A DNA stretch of 64,000 nt from a virus. Its lineage: Duplodnaviria > Caudoviricetes. The position numbers were made by a program, and so were the translations under genes. The stretch is taken from the IMG/VR virus record IMGVR_UViG_3300033463_000011, positions 96,001 through 160,000 of that record. One strand, written 5' to 3'. Under the pieces are notes generated by a model. That model had not been told where the DNA came from and ran no database searches. It saw only the letters and a program-made list of their open reading frames with translations. Position 1 is the stretch's first letter; every line of letters starts with the position of its first letter. Below, piece after piece: positions 38,506 to 48,635 of this stretch.

Positions 38506-40262
38506 TGGAATACATTAAACCTATCCAAGCATTTTTAGAAGCAGCAGAATATTTTTTAGGAATAACATCTCTTAGCAGTGAAAGAGGTAAAGAGATGTTA
38601 CGAACTGCAGGTTATCCAAATTACAACGATGCTTGGTGCGCTGTATACGTAAGTGCATGTGCTGTAAAAGCTGGTTTATCTAATAATGACGACGGCAGTA
38701 TAAATGTTATTGCAAGAGGTACTGCAGCTAACGGTCCCGCATCTAATACTGTTAGTTGGTATAACGGCAAATGGATAGATGGTCCTGCAATTAACGGTGG
38801 TTATCTAGTTACACCTCAACCGGGAGATATAATAACATTCGCTTGGACAGCAAAATATAGAGGTCATTATCATGCAAGTCACGTAGGTATCGTTGAAAAA
38901 GTTGAGGGTGGTCGAGTATACACTTTTGAAGGAAATACTGGAGGGCAAAGTAAACGAAAATCCTATGATTTATCTTATAATTGCATAAACACATATGTAA
39001 GGCCTGATTGGTCTAGAGCAAGTAAAAATGTAGGAAGTAATTTAAGCCAGTATGTATTAGGGTCACTATATCAAACTAAAAATGATAGACATGATATGAC
39101 ATTAAGACAATTTGGATATATTGGCAATAATTATCAATTATCTGATGACCCTTCCAGTTTGCATGTTTCGGCAATTAACTATACATCAATACTGGGAGAA
39201 CTATATAATACATTTGCACCTGCGTCTCTTAGTGCTACTCAAGTAGATACATCTCAACTTGATGGAAATATAAAGATAGCAATGGACTATTTACTTTCAA
39301 TGGGATATAGTGCATCAGCAGCAAGTGCGTATGTAGGGTGCATTAAAACATATTCTGGAGTTGAACCTACATATTCTAAAGAACTTGCAAATAAAAAATA
39401 TCTTAACGGCATCTGTGCTTGGGATGAAAATGAGTTGCCCAAAGTAAAAGATAAGTTAGGCTATGAATGGAATATTAATTTATCAGGGCAGTTAGAATAC
39501 TTTAATGATGATTTAGTAGCTAATTATAAAGAACTTCTTGTCCTCACTAAGAATCTATCTTTATCCGAAAAGAGTATTCAAGGTGCTTGCGATAAAATAA
39601 TGGTTACATATAATAAGCATTTTATATTGACAGATTATATGAATCAATCAAAAGAGGATGCTTTAGAAATATATAACAAGCTAGTTATAACTCAAGGAGT
39701 TATTGCAGGCAGTGTAACAAATCTTAGAAATAGTTCTGGTGAATTGTTAACGCCTCAAAAGAGTAGAAGTATACCTAGTTCTGTATCGCAGACAGGTCTG
39801 ATTGACGATTTCACAAGCTATTCTGCATACTTCCCTGGAAATGCTGCAGTTAAAAGTCACTGGGCAAAAGACACACCTCAACAAGAACTCGCATATAAGT
39901 GGAGAGATCAAGGATTTCCTTGTAATAAAGGTATAGCAATGATTGGTGGTTACTTCTGCGTAGCAGTTGTTGACACGTTTGCTCAATGTGGTGATGTAAT
40001 TGTAGTAAATGCAGAAGACAATATATCATTCTCTGCAATAGTCTGTGATACTAAGAATCAGAAAGACCAAAACTGCAATGAGTGGGGTCACATAAAATAT
40101 TCTAATAAAGTTTCAGTAATAGAATGGCAGCGAGTTAAGACTAATAATGGCAAAGTTGAAGTAGAGTGGTCTGGCTATTCTGATGTAGACTCATGCCAAC
40201 TCGGTAATTGGTATGGCAAAAAAGTTCTAAATATAATAAACTATGGTCCCTACCTTAAATGA
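38505..40262 (+). CDS. CHAP amidase plus tail-lysozyme-like domain, virion-associated hydrolase
   Basis: AWCAVYVS, PQPGDII, SHVGIVEKV, TFEGNT; central MGYSASAASAYVG...GICAW...GQLEYF. Confidence 0.75.
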   Translation: MEYIKPIQAFLEAAEYFLGITSLSSERGKEMLRTAGYPNYNDAWCAVYVSACAVKAGLSNNDDGSINVIARGTAANGPASNTVSWYNGKWIDGPAINGGYLVTPQPGDIITFAWTAKYRGHYHASHVGIVEKVEGGRVYTFEGNTGGQSKRKSYDLSYNCINTYVRPDWSRASKNVGSNLSQYVLGSLYQTKNDRHDMTLRQFGYIGNNYQLSDDPSSLHVSAINYTSILGELYNTFAPASLSATQVDTSQLDGNIKIAMDYLLSMGYSASAASAYVGCIKTYSGVEPTYSKELANKKYLNGICAWDENELPKVKDKLGYEWNINLSGQLEYFNDDLVANYKELLVLTKNLSLSEKSIQGACDKIMVTYNKHFILTDYMNQSKEDALEIYNKLVITQGVIAGSVTNLRNSSGELLTPQKSRSIPSSVSQTGLIDDFTSYSAYFPGNAAVKSHWAKDTPQQELAYKWRDQGFPCNKGIAMIGGYFCVAVVDTFAQCGDVIVVNAEDNISFSAIVCDTKNQKDQNCNEWGHIKYSNKVSVIEWQRVKTNNGKVEVEWSGYSDVDSCQLGNWYGKKVLNIINYGPYLK

Positions 40263-40277
40263 TAATGAGGGCAAATT

Positions 40278-40571
40278 ATGATTGTATTCGGTTATGCAAA
40301 AGATACAAAATATGCAGGCGATGGAACATTATTAATTCAAACAAGAATTCCTAATGCCCATGGTCCTTATCGTATTACTGATTACAACGGGAAGAAGATA
40401 AGAAACTATACAGAAGACAAAGATTTACCTTGGTACCCATCTTTATTGCTTCCATATTTGCCAGGAGATGGAGATGTTGTGGCTCTGACAAGTTTAGACA
40501 ACACTTCATCTTCCTGGTTAGTATTAGGATTAACAGGCGGTTCATATAACAACGGAGTAAGAGATTTATGA
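40278..40571 (+). CDS. Baseplate spike OB-fold-like protein (gp5/gpV N-terminal-like)
   Basis: QTRIP...LPWY...LPGDGDVV...WLVLG. Confidence 0.55.
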   Translation: MIVFGYAKDTKYAGDGTLLIQTRIPNAHGPYRITDYNGKKIRNYTEDKDLPWYPSLLLPYLPGDGDVVALTSLDNTSSSWLVLGLTGGSYNNGVRDL

Positions 40572-40915
40572 AAATTTACTGCACAGAAAATAAACGACCT
40601 CTTGATAAATTCATCGGAAAAGATGTATGGATTCGTGTTAAAATACATGAAAGAAACTATGCAGGTAGATGGTACAGTTATTGGGACAAGCCTTACATGA
40701 TTCGTGTACTTGAATATGACCCTGAAGCAGATTGGTATGTTATTAACAAGATAATAGATACTTTTGGGCATGATAGAGATGGGCAGTATAAAGGAAATAG
40801 AACTCAAAAGCAAAAGGCTCGTGAGAATAAACACTATATCAAAAGAGCAAGTATTAAATTGGTAGAACCTGTTGAGATATTAACAACTCCCGAAATATTT
40901 GGAGAAGATTTATGA
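40568..40915 (+). CDS. GKDxW-family paralog 16/40
   Basis: MKIYCT...LDKFIGKDVWI...EPVEILTTPEIFG. Confidence 0.88.
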   Translation: MKIYCTENKRPLDKFIGKDVWIRVKIHERNYAGRWYSYWDKPYMIRVLEYDPEADWYVINKIIDTFGHDRDGQYKGNRTQKQKARENKHYIKRASIKLVEPVEILTTPEIFGEDL

Positions 40916-41289
40916 AGATATATTGTAATAAAATTCCTGATATTCCAGATATTGATCCAGAACTAATGCGAGCTATACGTCAAATATGTAACAGAGACGC
41001 ATGGTTAGCTGTTAGATCAGAGGAATGGTATAATAAGTGGATTAAAGCAGCAATTGTTAATGGAGAATTAAAATTTGATTCAATATATAATAGTGCTTGG
41101 TACCCTAAACACGAAGTTATTGCAAAGGGACAAGACATTTCTTGCTGCGATTTAACTGCTACAGATATCGGTCTTGATGATTGTAGACTAATTAAACCTA
41201 TAGAGGTGTTATCTTCAGAAGAACTTGCAATGTATATTTCATCGGAAGATAATAGATTTAGATTTGACCCAGAGATATATAACGTATGA
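40912..41289 (+). CDS. GKDxW-family paralog 17/40
   Basis: MKIYCN...ICNRDAWL...KPIEVLSSEEL. Confidence 0.85.
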   Translation: MKIYCNKIPDIPDIDPELMRAIRQICNRDAWLAVRSEEWYNKWIKAAIVNGELKFDSIYNSAWYPKHEVIAKGQDISCCDLTATDIGLDDCRLIKPIEVLSSEELAMYISSEDNRFRFDPEIYNV

Positions 41290-41597
41290 AGATATATTGT
41301 TCACCAGATGATTATAGAGATTTAATAAAATTCAAAGGTAAAGACCTTTGGGTCAATGCTTATGTAAGTAAAAGATTTGGCAGCAGGAGCAGGTCATACG
41401 AATTTAAGCTTTGGATAAAAATACTGGATGTATATCATGACGAAGCTTCCGATATAACTTATTGTGAATATCTCGCATACACTCCAGATAACATAGTTAC
41501 AGCGCCTCCATTGCCCGCATATAGAATACAGATTATAAAACCTTTTGAAGTAATGACATATAATGAATTAAAGGAGAATTTTGATTCAATCGTATGA
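41286..41597 (+). CDS. GKDxW-family paralog 18/40
   Basis: MKIYCS...FKGKDLWV...KPFEVMTYNEL. Confidence 0.88.
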   Translation: MKIYCSPDDYRDLIKFKGKDLWVNAYVSKRFGSRSRSYEFKLWIKILDVYHDEASDITYCEYLAYTPDNIVTAPPLPAYRIQIIKPFEVMTYNELKENFDSIV

Positions 41598-41992
41598 AAA
41601 TATACGCAGCTACAAGAGAATTATCTTTTTATGACTTAATCGGCAAAGATGTTTGGGTTAAGTGCTATCACAAAATTGACGAGGATTTACTTGTTATTCC
41701 TCAAAAATTTTATGTTAAGGTTTTATACTTAGATGAAAATGAAAAAGGAGTTCCAGTTTTCAAATGCAATGCTATTGACTGTGATTATGTAGCTCGGGCC
41801 AACGAATATGAACATTTATCTGCAGAGAAAATAAATTCTTTTATCAATAAAATTGAAGAATTTCCTGAAGATGAGGACAACTATTTATCTTTAGTAATAC
41901 AGAAGCCTATACAAGCACTAACTACAGAAGAAATAATTGAAGCAATGTCTTCTAACGAAGACGAAGATAATGATGAGGATGAATATTTGTAA
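41594..41992 (+). CDS. GKDxW-family paralog 19/40
   Basis: MKIYAA...LIGKDVWVKC...KPIQALTTEEI. Confidence 0.88.
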   Translation: MKIYAATRELSFYDLIGKDVWVKCYHKIDEDLLVIPQKFYVKVLYLDENEKGVPVFKCNAIDCDYVARANEYEHLSAEKINSFINKIEEFPEDEDNYLSLVIQKPIQALTTEEIIEAMSSNEDEDNDEDEYL

Positions 41993-42336
41993 TGAAGGTA
42001 AATCCACTCAATGCAGACAGTAATTTGGAAATAGCTGATAAACTCATCGGCAAAGATTTGTGGGTTAAGATATATAACCCAGATTACAATGCAATAAATA
42101 ACACAGCATTCTTGCACGTTTTGCATAAATATAACAGAGGTTATGGATATGATAACAAAATGTGGTATAAGTGCGAAATAATTCCTGAATATGCTATTAT
42201 AGATGGCGGCTATGATTCAGAAGATTGGGAAGTTATTTCCTCAATTATATTTTACAACGAGTTTGATATGAGAACATTTATATTTCAAGACGAATATTAT
42301 ACTACAGAAGAAATTCAAGAGATGTTTGAACAATGA
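41992..42336 (+). CDS. GKDxW-family paralog 20/40
   Basis: MKVNPLNAD...LIGKDLWVKI...YYTTEEI. Confidence 0.88.
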   Translation: MKVNPLNADSNLEIADKLIGKDLWVKIYNPDYNAINNTAFLHVLHKYNRGYGYDNKMWYKCEIIPEYAIIDGGYDSEDWEVISSIIFYNEFDMRTFIFQDEYYTTEEIQEMFEQ

Positions 42337-42686
42337 AAATATTAGCTTCAGTACAAGATAATAGAGAATTTTTAGATAAGTTAGTGGGCACAGATAGTTG
42401 GGTCTTATGTTATATTAGCAGATCATTTTCACCTAACGGAGACAGAAGATGGTCTAAAAACAGAATGTGGCTTAATTTTGATAGAAAAGTAGATCCAGCA
42501 CATTATGTAGTTCACTTAAAAATTGCAGGAATTGATGGTGATCCATATCTTCCTCCAATGTCGCAATTAGACGATTGTTTACATGGAGAAAGAACACTCT
42601 ATTTTAGAGATATAAAAGTAGTTAAACCTGTTGAAATGTTAGCAACAGATGAATTATTTTCTGGACCTGAACTGGACGAGGAGTAA
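42333..42686 (+). CDS. GKDxW-family paralog 21/40
   Basis: MKILAS...LVGTDSWV...KPVEMLATDELF. Confidence 0.88.
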   Translation: MKILASVQDNREFLDKLVGTDSWVLCYISRSFSPNGDRRWSKNRMWLNFDRKVDPAHYVVHLKIAGIDGDPYLPPMSQLDDCLHGERTLYFRDIKVVKPVEMLATDELFSGPELDEE

Positions 42687-42688
42687 CA

Positions 42689-43003
42689 ATGAAGATATAC
42701 GCATCAAAAGTAGATTTAGCTGATCTTGATTACTATGTCGGTAAAGATTTATGGGTTAGAGTTACTTCCGCTTCAACTACTTGTTGGGCTAAATTACTAT
42801 CTAAAGGCGAAGATAGTAGAAGTGTATATTACAGATGTTTAGCAATATTTGATGGAATGCTAGATGTTGACGGTATGATTCATCTAAACGCTTCAGCATT
42901 AGCTGAATTTTACGACCATATATACATAATGTGGACAGACAACTCGTATGTAGTTCAGCCTATAGATATACTTGAAGAAGACGAAATAATCGAGAGGATA
43001 TGA
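42689..43003 (+). CDS. GKDxW-family paralog 22/40
   Basis: MKIYAS...YVGKDLWVRV...QPIDILEEDEI. Confidence 0.88.
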   Translation: MKIYASKVDLADLDYYVGKDLWVRVTSASTTCWAKLLSKGEDSRSVYYRCLAIFDGMLDVDGMIHLNASALAEFYDHIYIMWTDNSYVVQPIDILEEDEIIERI

Positions 43004-43006
43004 TTT

Positions 43007-43351
43007 ATGAAGATATATGCATCATATTATCATGACCTAGACCAATTTGCTGGAGAAGATTTATGGGTTAAGATAGATTATCACATGGGTAGTAACTATG
43101 ATAATCAATCAATGTATGTTAAGGTCTTGCTTAGTTTTAGGGATACCGAATTCTTGTGGTACGAAGTTCAAGCCGTTGCTACAGATTGGGTAGAGTCCCC
43201 AGATTGCTATTTTGGATTAAGAGAATGTATGGAAAAAGCAAGATTAATAAAAGAAGGTGATTATAGTATATCACGCCCAATGGAATGTTATACTACAGAT
43301 GAAATGCTAGAGCTTCTTGGAGATTCTCTTGATAGAGGAATACTCGATTGA
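43007..43351 (+). CDS. GKDxW-family paralog 23/40
   Basis: MKIYAS...FAGEDLWVKI...RPMECYTTDEM. Confidence 0.88.
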   Translation: MKIYASYYHDLDQFAGEDLWVKIDYHMGSNYDNQSMYVKVLLSFRDTEFLWYEVQAVATDWVESPDCYFGLRECMEKARLIKEGDYSISRPMECYTTDEMLELLGDSLDRGILD

Positions 43352-43360
43352 GGTAACCAT

Positions 43361-43723
43361 ATGAAAATATACGCGTCAACATCGGAAGATAGAAAGCATA
43401 AGATCTTGGAAAGCTTAGTAGGTAAAGATCTGTGGATTAAAGCAAAATTATATGAAGGTAACTTAGCAAAAAATGATTACTATGTGCATATCATTAAGAA
43501 ACTGCGCCCTCAAATTGGTTTTGATTACGAAGTTAACCGCATAATGGATAGCTCTGATCTTCCAGGATATGAAGATTCACAAGGAAGAATAACCTTAGAT
43601 GCTTTTCATAATGCCTATCTTGCACACAGTCATTGGATGAATGCATCTGATATACATCCAGTAATTCCAATTGAAGTGTACACATCAGAAGAACTATTTA
43701 TCGCCCCTGAGGAAGAACAATGA
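43361..43723 (+). CDS. GKDxW-family paralog 24/40
   Basis: MKIYAS...LVGKDLWIK...IPIEVYTSEELF. Confidence 0.88.
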   Translation: MKIYASTSEDRKHKILESLVGKDLWIKAKLYEGNLAKNDYYVHIIKKLRPQIGFDYEVNRIMDSSDLPGYEDSQGRITLDAFHNAYLAHSHWMNASDIHPVIPIEVYTSEELFIAPEEEQ

Positions 43724-44040
43724 AAATATACGCAAGCGATCAGAAAAATATTTTAGACAGATTGTGTGGCACAGATCATTGGATAAAAGTCGCTTACAAT
43801 AACCATATCTATCTGTTTAACATATTAGAACGATTTAAGAATATGGATGGCAGAATGATGTTAAGATGCAAAATGGTTATGTGGAATCAACTAGTTATGC
43901 CTAAAGATTACAGAAGATCAATAGATTTGATATACAAAATTGACAAATACTATTACGTATATGAAGATCTAGTAACGGTAAAAGAACCAATTGATGTGAT
44001 AACAGATGACGAATTAATTGATATGATACAAGGTACCTAA
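43720..44040 (+). CDS. GKDxW-family paralog 25/40
   Basis: MKIYAS...LCGTDHWIKV...EPIDVITDDEL. Confidence 0.88.
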   Translation: MKIYASDQKNILDRLCGTDHWIKVAYNNHIYLFNILERFKNMDGRMMLRCKMVMWNQLVMPKDYRRSIDLIYKIDKYYYVYEDLVTVKEPIDVITDDELIDMIQGT

Positions 44041-44059
44041 AGGTACCTTTAATATTATT

Positions 44060-44371
44060 ATGAAGATATATTGTAGCACAGAATCAGAGTTTGACAAATT
44101 TGTAGGAACTGACCTTTGGGTTAGGGCAAATTATTATGGAGGAAAATACTTCATAAGGTTTCTGTCCAAAAATAATTATGCAGACGAGCGTGGATATGTT
44201 ACTAATATGGTTAGAACACTTTGCGCAGGTGATGATGGATTCATTCATTATAGTCATGAATATGAATTAGAGTATGTGCAAATGGAAAAAAGTTGGTGTA
44301 GTGCAGAAAATCTATTATTAATTAAGCCAATAGAATGCTATACAACAGATGAATTATTCATAGTAGATTAA
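44060..44371 (+). CDS. GKDxW-family paralog 26/40
   Basis: MKIYCS...FVGTDLWV...KPIECYTTDELF. Confidence 0.88.
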   Translation: MKIYCSTESEFDKFVGTDLWVRANYYGGKYFIRFLSKNNYADERGYVTNMVRTLCAGDDGFIHYSHEYELEYVQMEKSWCSAENLLLIKPIECYTTDELFIVD

Positions 44372-44380
44372 GAGAATGTT

Positions 44381-44740
44381 ATGAAGATATATTGTAGTAG
44401 AGATCCAAGAAAATTACTAAAACAGTATGTAGGTAAGGACATATGGATTAAAGTCCACTTGCCTAAATCTGCTCATCACCCAGATGATCCAAATGTCCTC
44501 TATATGAGGATATTATCCGAATCGGATAAGTGCTACACAGTTAACTTACTTAATCCGATAGTTGTAGACTATAACTTCGGCATGAATATAACAGATTATG
44601 ATTTAAATAAATTCTTAAATAAAATTAGTACTGTTGACAAAGATGACATAATGTTAATTGAACCTCTAGAAGCATATTCTACAGACGAAATATTTACTGA
44701 AGTACCTGATGATTATAACTACGAGGAAGATGGAGAATAA
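44381..44740 (+). CDS. GKDxW-family paralog 27/40
   Basis: MKIYCS...YVGKDIWIKV...EPLEAYSTDEIF. Confidence 0.88.
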   Translation: MKIYCSRDPRKLLKQYVGKDIWIKVHLPKSAHHPDDPNVLYMRILSESDKCYTVNLLNPIVVDYNFGMNITDYDLNKFLNKISTVDKDDIMLIEPLEAYSTDEIFTEVPDDYNYEEDGE

Positions 44741-44743
44741 CAT

Positions 44744-45208
44744 ATGGCAGAAACAACATCGTTATCATTTCCAAATATGTTCAACTTAATAAGTAATCAA
44801 GTATCTGTAGACGAGGACTTAAAGTCAGTTACTACTAGGTCAAGATTACTTATATTAACTGAGCCCACAGAATTATACAACAACCCTAACTTCGGTGTAG
44901 GATTAAAGCGTCATTTGTTTAAGTATAACACTGAAAATGAAAAAGCATTAATCAAAGATAGGATTGTTGCACAATTAAGATTACATGAACCCGATGTAGT
45001 TGCCGAAAAAACATCATTTACTGATGGATTATTATTCACAGGAGATTCCAGTTTACAACATGTTGATGATGCAAATGAATTAAATATGACTGTAGCAATG
45101 CTAACTACTTTCGGAAAAGAAATCTCACTTGATTTAAATCCTAAGCAACCTATAGAAGGCGAGTTAACTATAAATAGTTCGGGCTGGTCTATAACGGAGG
45201 TAGATTAA
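44744..45208 (+). CDS. Baseplate wedge protein, T4 gp25/gpW-like
   Basis: SLSFP...LILTEPTELYNNPNFGVGLKRHLF...LRLHEP. Confidence 0.8.
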   Translation: MAETTSLSFPNMFNLISNQVSVDEDLKSVTTRSRLLILTEPTELYNNPNFGVGLKRHLFKYNTENEKALIKDRIVAQLRLHEPDVVAEKTSFTDGLLFTGDSSLQHVDDANELNMTVAMLTTFGKEISLDLNPKQPIEGELTINSSGWSITEVD

Positions 45209-45855
45209 TGAAGATATACGGTGGATATTCAATTAAACAAAAACAGAGTATCAATCTTATTAAGCAAGGAATTGATGATCACTTAAGCGAATTTTCTGAT
45301 TATGTTAGCTATGACATAAAAGCAGTAAAAAATGATGTAGATAATAGTTTTAATATATTATTACGCCCTAACTATTACGGCATTACTTGGAAGTATACTG
45401 TATCAATTGTACATAATTACATAGGTGAATCTCTTCATATTTTAGATAGCTATATTAATTCGAACGATACTGATAATTCTTTTGAAAAGATTAAACAATT
45501 TTCAGAATTCTTCGAGTACATAAATAATGTGGGCTGGAGAAGCATACTTTCAAATTATTTTACTTACTTAAATAAAGATCTAAACAATACAATAAAATAT
45601 TTGAAGAGAATTGAGGGAAAAGACTTGTGGGTTAAATGTAACTGTCTATGTTATAACGATGACTACGGCAGATATTCTTGGACTTCCGGTGGGTATGTTA
45701 AAATTTTACGTATAGAAGACGATGTAATAGAATATAATTACAAAACACTATATGGATCAGATGGCAGCGGATCATGCAATATTTATGATATACAATTATC
45801 TAGTCCTTTAGAGGTATTAAGTACAGAAGAGTTGTTAGATACAGATGCTACATAA
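45208..45855 (+). CDS. GKDxW-family paralog 28/40 (long form)
   Basis: MKIYGG, ~125-aa insert, then IEGKDLWVKC...SPLEVLSTEELL. Confidence 0.85.
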   Translation: MKIYGGYSIKQKQSINLIKQGIDDHLSEFSDYVSYDIKAVKNDVDNSFNILLRPNYYGITWKYTVSIVHNYIGESLHILDSYINSNDTDNSFEKIKQFSEFFEYINNVGWRSILSNYFTYLNKDLNNTIKYLKRIEGKDLWVKCNCLCYNDDYGRYSWTSGGYVKILRIEDDVIEYNYKTLYGSDGSGSCNIYDIQLSSPLEVLSTEELLDTDAT

Positions 45856-45884
45856 GACATAAAATAATAAGCAGGAGGTCACTA

Positions 45885-46625
45885 ATGAGAATATATTCAT
45901 CAAAAACATCAGAAAAACTTGCAAAATTATCCGAGCTTAAAAGTTCTCAAAGTGAAATCAACAAAGCAAAACGCGCATTGAATAGAAAGATTAATGAAGT
46001 AAAGAAGCGAATTGACGCAGAATTTAAAGAAGAGGCCGCAATACTTCATACTGATTCTTTACTTAAAGTTAAAAATGAAAAATACGGGTTTGTTTTAAGA
46101 TTTTCTTCTACTTACGGAGTAAGGTGGTATGTAGATGTAGATGCAGATTCAATTAAGTCGCATATATTCAAAGAAGATAACATAATAGAATGCGGAGATA
46201 TATTTATTACAATTGGAAATATATTAAATAAAATATATAATAATTCGTTTGAAGATGAAATACTGGAGTTAAATACGCTAGACGACGAATATAAGCAATT
46301 GCAATCAGATGCTTTATATTTCAAATCGGGAATATCCGCTCTTGAGTTAGAAAAATTTGTTGGTAGAGATATATGGGTCGAAGCAAATATTAAACATCTC
46401 ACTAATTATTCAGTCCCACAACATGCATTCATAAAGATAAAAGATATAAAATCAGATAATAAGGTGGCGATTAGTTGGAAATTTGCTCATACTAATCGAG
46501 ACGGTACAATATATATTTCAGGATATGGTAGAGATGATGGATTAACAGATGCATATAACATATCATTAGTACAGCCTATAAATACATTAACAGATGAAGA
46601 AATGAATGAATTAATAAATTTGTAA
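45885..46625 (+). CDS. GKDxW-family paralog 29/40 (long form)
   Basis: MRIYSS, coiled-coil insert, then FVGRDIWV...QPINTLTDEEM. Confidence 0.85.
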   Translation: MRIYSSKTSEKLAKLSELKSSQSEINKAKRALNRKINEVKKRIDAEFKEEAAILHTDSLLKVKNEKYGFVLRFSSTYGVRWYVDVDADSIKSHIFKEDNIIECGDIFITIGNILNKIYNNSFEDEILELNTLDDEYKQLQSDALYFKSGISALELEKFVGRDIWVEANIKHLTNYSVPQHAFIKIKDIKSDNKVAISWKFAHTNRDGTIYISGYGRDDGLTDAYNISLVQPINTLTDEEMNELINL

Positions 46626-46626
46626 T

Positions 46627-46929
46627 ATGAAGATATATGCTACAACAAATCAATATGATCTATCTCGATACTCGGGCAGAGATGTATATGTGTATGCTTG
46701 CGTGCAGGGAGTAAAGGTATCTTGGTATAAATGGACTAAAATAATAGATATTCACGGAGATGTTGCAAGTGTTATATTCTGGGACTATCCAGAATCCAAA
46801 CAGGTGTTTAATATTCCTCTAGAGTCAATTAGTATAGATACAGAGTTTCCTGTTGAGGTTATGACTTATAATGAGATACTAGATGAAAAATTAGACAATG
46901 CTAGAAGAAGATTAGCAGGAGAGAATTAA
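46627..46929 (+). CDS. GKDxW-family paralog 30/40
   Basis: MKIYAT...YSGRDVYV...FPVEVMTYNEI. Confidence 0.85.
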   Translation: MKIYATTNQYDLSRYSGRDVYVYACVQGVKVSWYKWTKIIDIHGDVASVIFWDYPESKQVFNIPLESISIDTEFPVEVMTYNEILDEKLDNARRRLAGEN

Positions 46930-46930
46930 G

Positions 46931-47245
46931 TTGAAGATATATTGCAAGGAACAATTACATGAATCAAATCCTTATAAATATATAGGAAGAGATGTATGGA
47001 TCCATGTTTTGTATGGCGCTGATTATGCTTGGGTCAAATTCAAAGATAGCGGTAAAGACGAAAACGGATACTACTTCATTGTTGATTATGTAGACGACCA
47101 ATGGTTAGAAAACCCAGAATGTAATATAGAAATTGAAATGGATCATGATGCTAAATGGTATACACACCACATGTGCATATCTAATCCTGTGGAAATATTA
47201 ACAACGGAAGAACTTTTAGCTAGAGATTATGATGCATACATTTGA
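46931..47245 (+). CDS. GKDxW-family paralog 31/40 (TTG start)
   Basis: MKIYCK...YIGRDVWI...NPVEILTTEELL. Confidence 0.88.
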   Translation: MKIYCKEQLHESNPYKYIGRDVWIHVLYGADYAWVKFKDSGKDENGYYFIVDYVDDQWLENPECNIEIEMDHDAKWYTHHMCISNPVEILTTEELLARDYDAYI

Positions 47246-47269
47246 AGAAGCAACAATAGGTAATACTAT

Positions 47270-47647
47270 ATGAAGATATATTGTAGCACTAACAAAAGTA
47301 TATTTGAGAAACTTGCAGGTAAAGATATGTGGGTTAAAGGAACTGCATCTCGTGATGCTGCAGGTATAGTTAGCACATTAACTATATCCGTTTGGTTTAA
47401 GATACTTTACGCAGATAGTATTATATGCCGTTTTAATATAGTTAATCCTTTAGTTATGTCAAATTCAGCTATACTTGAATGCTATATTGACGATACATAT
47501 ACAATGCATACAACAGATAAAGATAGTTCTATGACTTATACAATAAACTATCCTTTAGACACTCTTACAGATGAAGAATTCAAAGAGATAAAGCAACAAG
47601 ACAACTGGACAGCAATTTTGTTTAAAGAGTATTCTGGAGAAGCCTGA
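47270..47647 (+). CDS. GKDxW-family paralog 32/40
   Basis: MKIYCS...LAGKDMWVK...YPLDTLTDEEF. Confidence 0.88.
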   Translation: MKIYCSTNKSIFEKLAGKDMWVKGTASRDAAGIVSTLTISVWFKILYADSIICRFNIVNPLVMSNSAILECYIDDTYTMHTTDKDSSMTYTINYPLDTLTDEEFKEIKQQDNWTAILFKEYSGEA

Positions 47648-47967
47648 TGAAGATATATTGTAGTAACAATTCAAACGAACTCGACAAATTTATCGGCAAA
47701 GATATCTGGGTTAAGGTATATGACAAATATGTCGAGTGTTTTAAATACATACGAATTGTATCATCAAATAGCACTTCATACAGCTATAATCAATTATTTG
47801 CATCAAGTCTAGAAAATCCTTATGGTGATGTTATGTTTACCGGAGGCGGTAATCGCCTTTTAGGATACTTTACAAATAATGTTTATCAAGACTACAAAAG
47901 TACTTTAGAAATAGTGCATCCTGTAACTTGTTATACCACTTCTGAAATATTTCCGGAGGAAGATTAA
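47647..47967 (+). CDS. GKDxW-family paralog 33/40
   Basis: MKIYCS...LDKFIGKDIWVKV...HPVTCYTTSEIF. Confidence 0.88.
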   Translation: MKIYCSNNSNELDKFIGKDIWVKVYDKYVECFKYIRIVSSNSTSYSYNQLFASSLENPYGDVMFTGGGNRLLGYFTNNVYQDYKSTLEIVHPVTCYTTSEIFPEED

Positions 47968-48297
47968 ATGAAAATATACGCAAGTAAAAGATATCATTAT
48001 TATGAAGATATATTAGACGATATCTGCGGAAAAGATTTATGGGTATTTATACGATATAATTCATCTACTGTTTATGCACGTGGTGGATACTACCCTCAAA
48101 ATTATTGGGTACAAGTTGTACGCAAAGACAATGATAACTATATTGTAAAAATGATAAATGACAATACTTATGGATTTGACACTTTAGATGACATAGAACC
48201 TAATAAACTCAACACATTCAGAATTTTAGACATATATGAACCGTTAGAGTTGTTATCAACAGAAGAATTGATTGAAGATAAGGAATTAGATGAATGA
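47968..48297 (+). CDS. GKDxW-family paralog 34/40
   Basis: MKIYAS...ICGKDLWV...EPLELLSTEELI. Confidence 0.88.
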   Translation: MKIYASKRYHYYEDILDDICGKDLWVFIRYNSSTVYARGGYYPQNYWVQVVRKDNDNYIVKMINDNTYGFDTLDDIEPNKLNTFRILDIYEPLELLSTEELIEDKELDE

Positions 48298-48635
48298 AAA
48301 TATATTGTAGTAGCCAGAAACAGCTCAACAGATATGCAGGTAGAGATTTATGGTTTCATGGTAATATAAATAATCATGTAGCTAAAAATGGAGTTACTAC
48401 TTGGGTTAGAGTTTTAGATAAAGTGCCTTCGCAATATATTGATACTTATAAAGTTCAGTGTGTTCCTGATTTTCTTATTGAAGATGAATATTATTTTGAC
48501 ACTGAAAGAATTGTTGGTTGGCTGCAGGATATACGTAATGTGTCTTATGACAAGATTTACATAAGTGATGAAGCATTAACTTCCGAAGAATTGTTTGGAG
48601 ATAACTTATGGGAAGTTGAGGAGTGGATAAAATGA
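48294..48635 (+). CDS. GKDxW-family paralog 35/40
   Basis: MKIYCS...YAGRDLWF...ALTSEELFG. Confidence 0.88.
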   Translation: MKIYCSSQKQLNRYAGRDLWFHGNINNHVAKNGVTTWVRVLDKVPSQYIDTYKVQCVPDFLIEDEYYFDTERIVGWLQDIRNVSYDKIYISDEALTSEELFGDNLWEVEEWIK

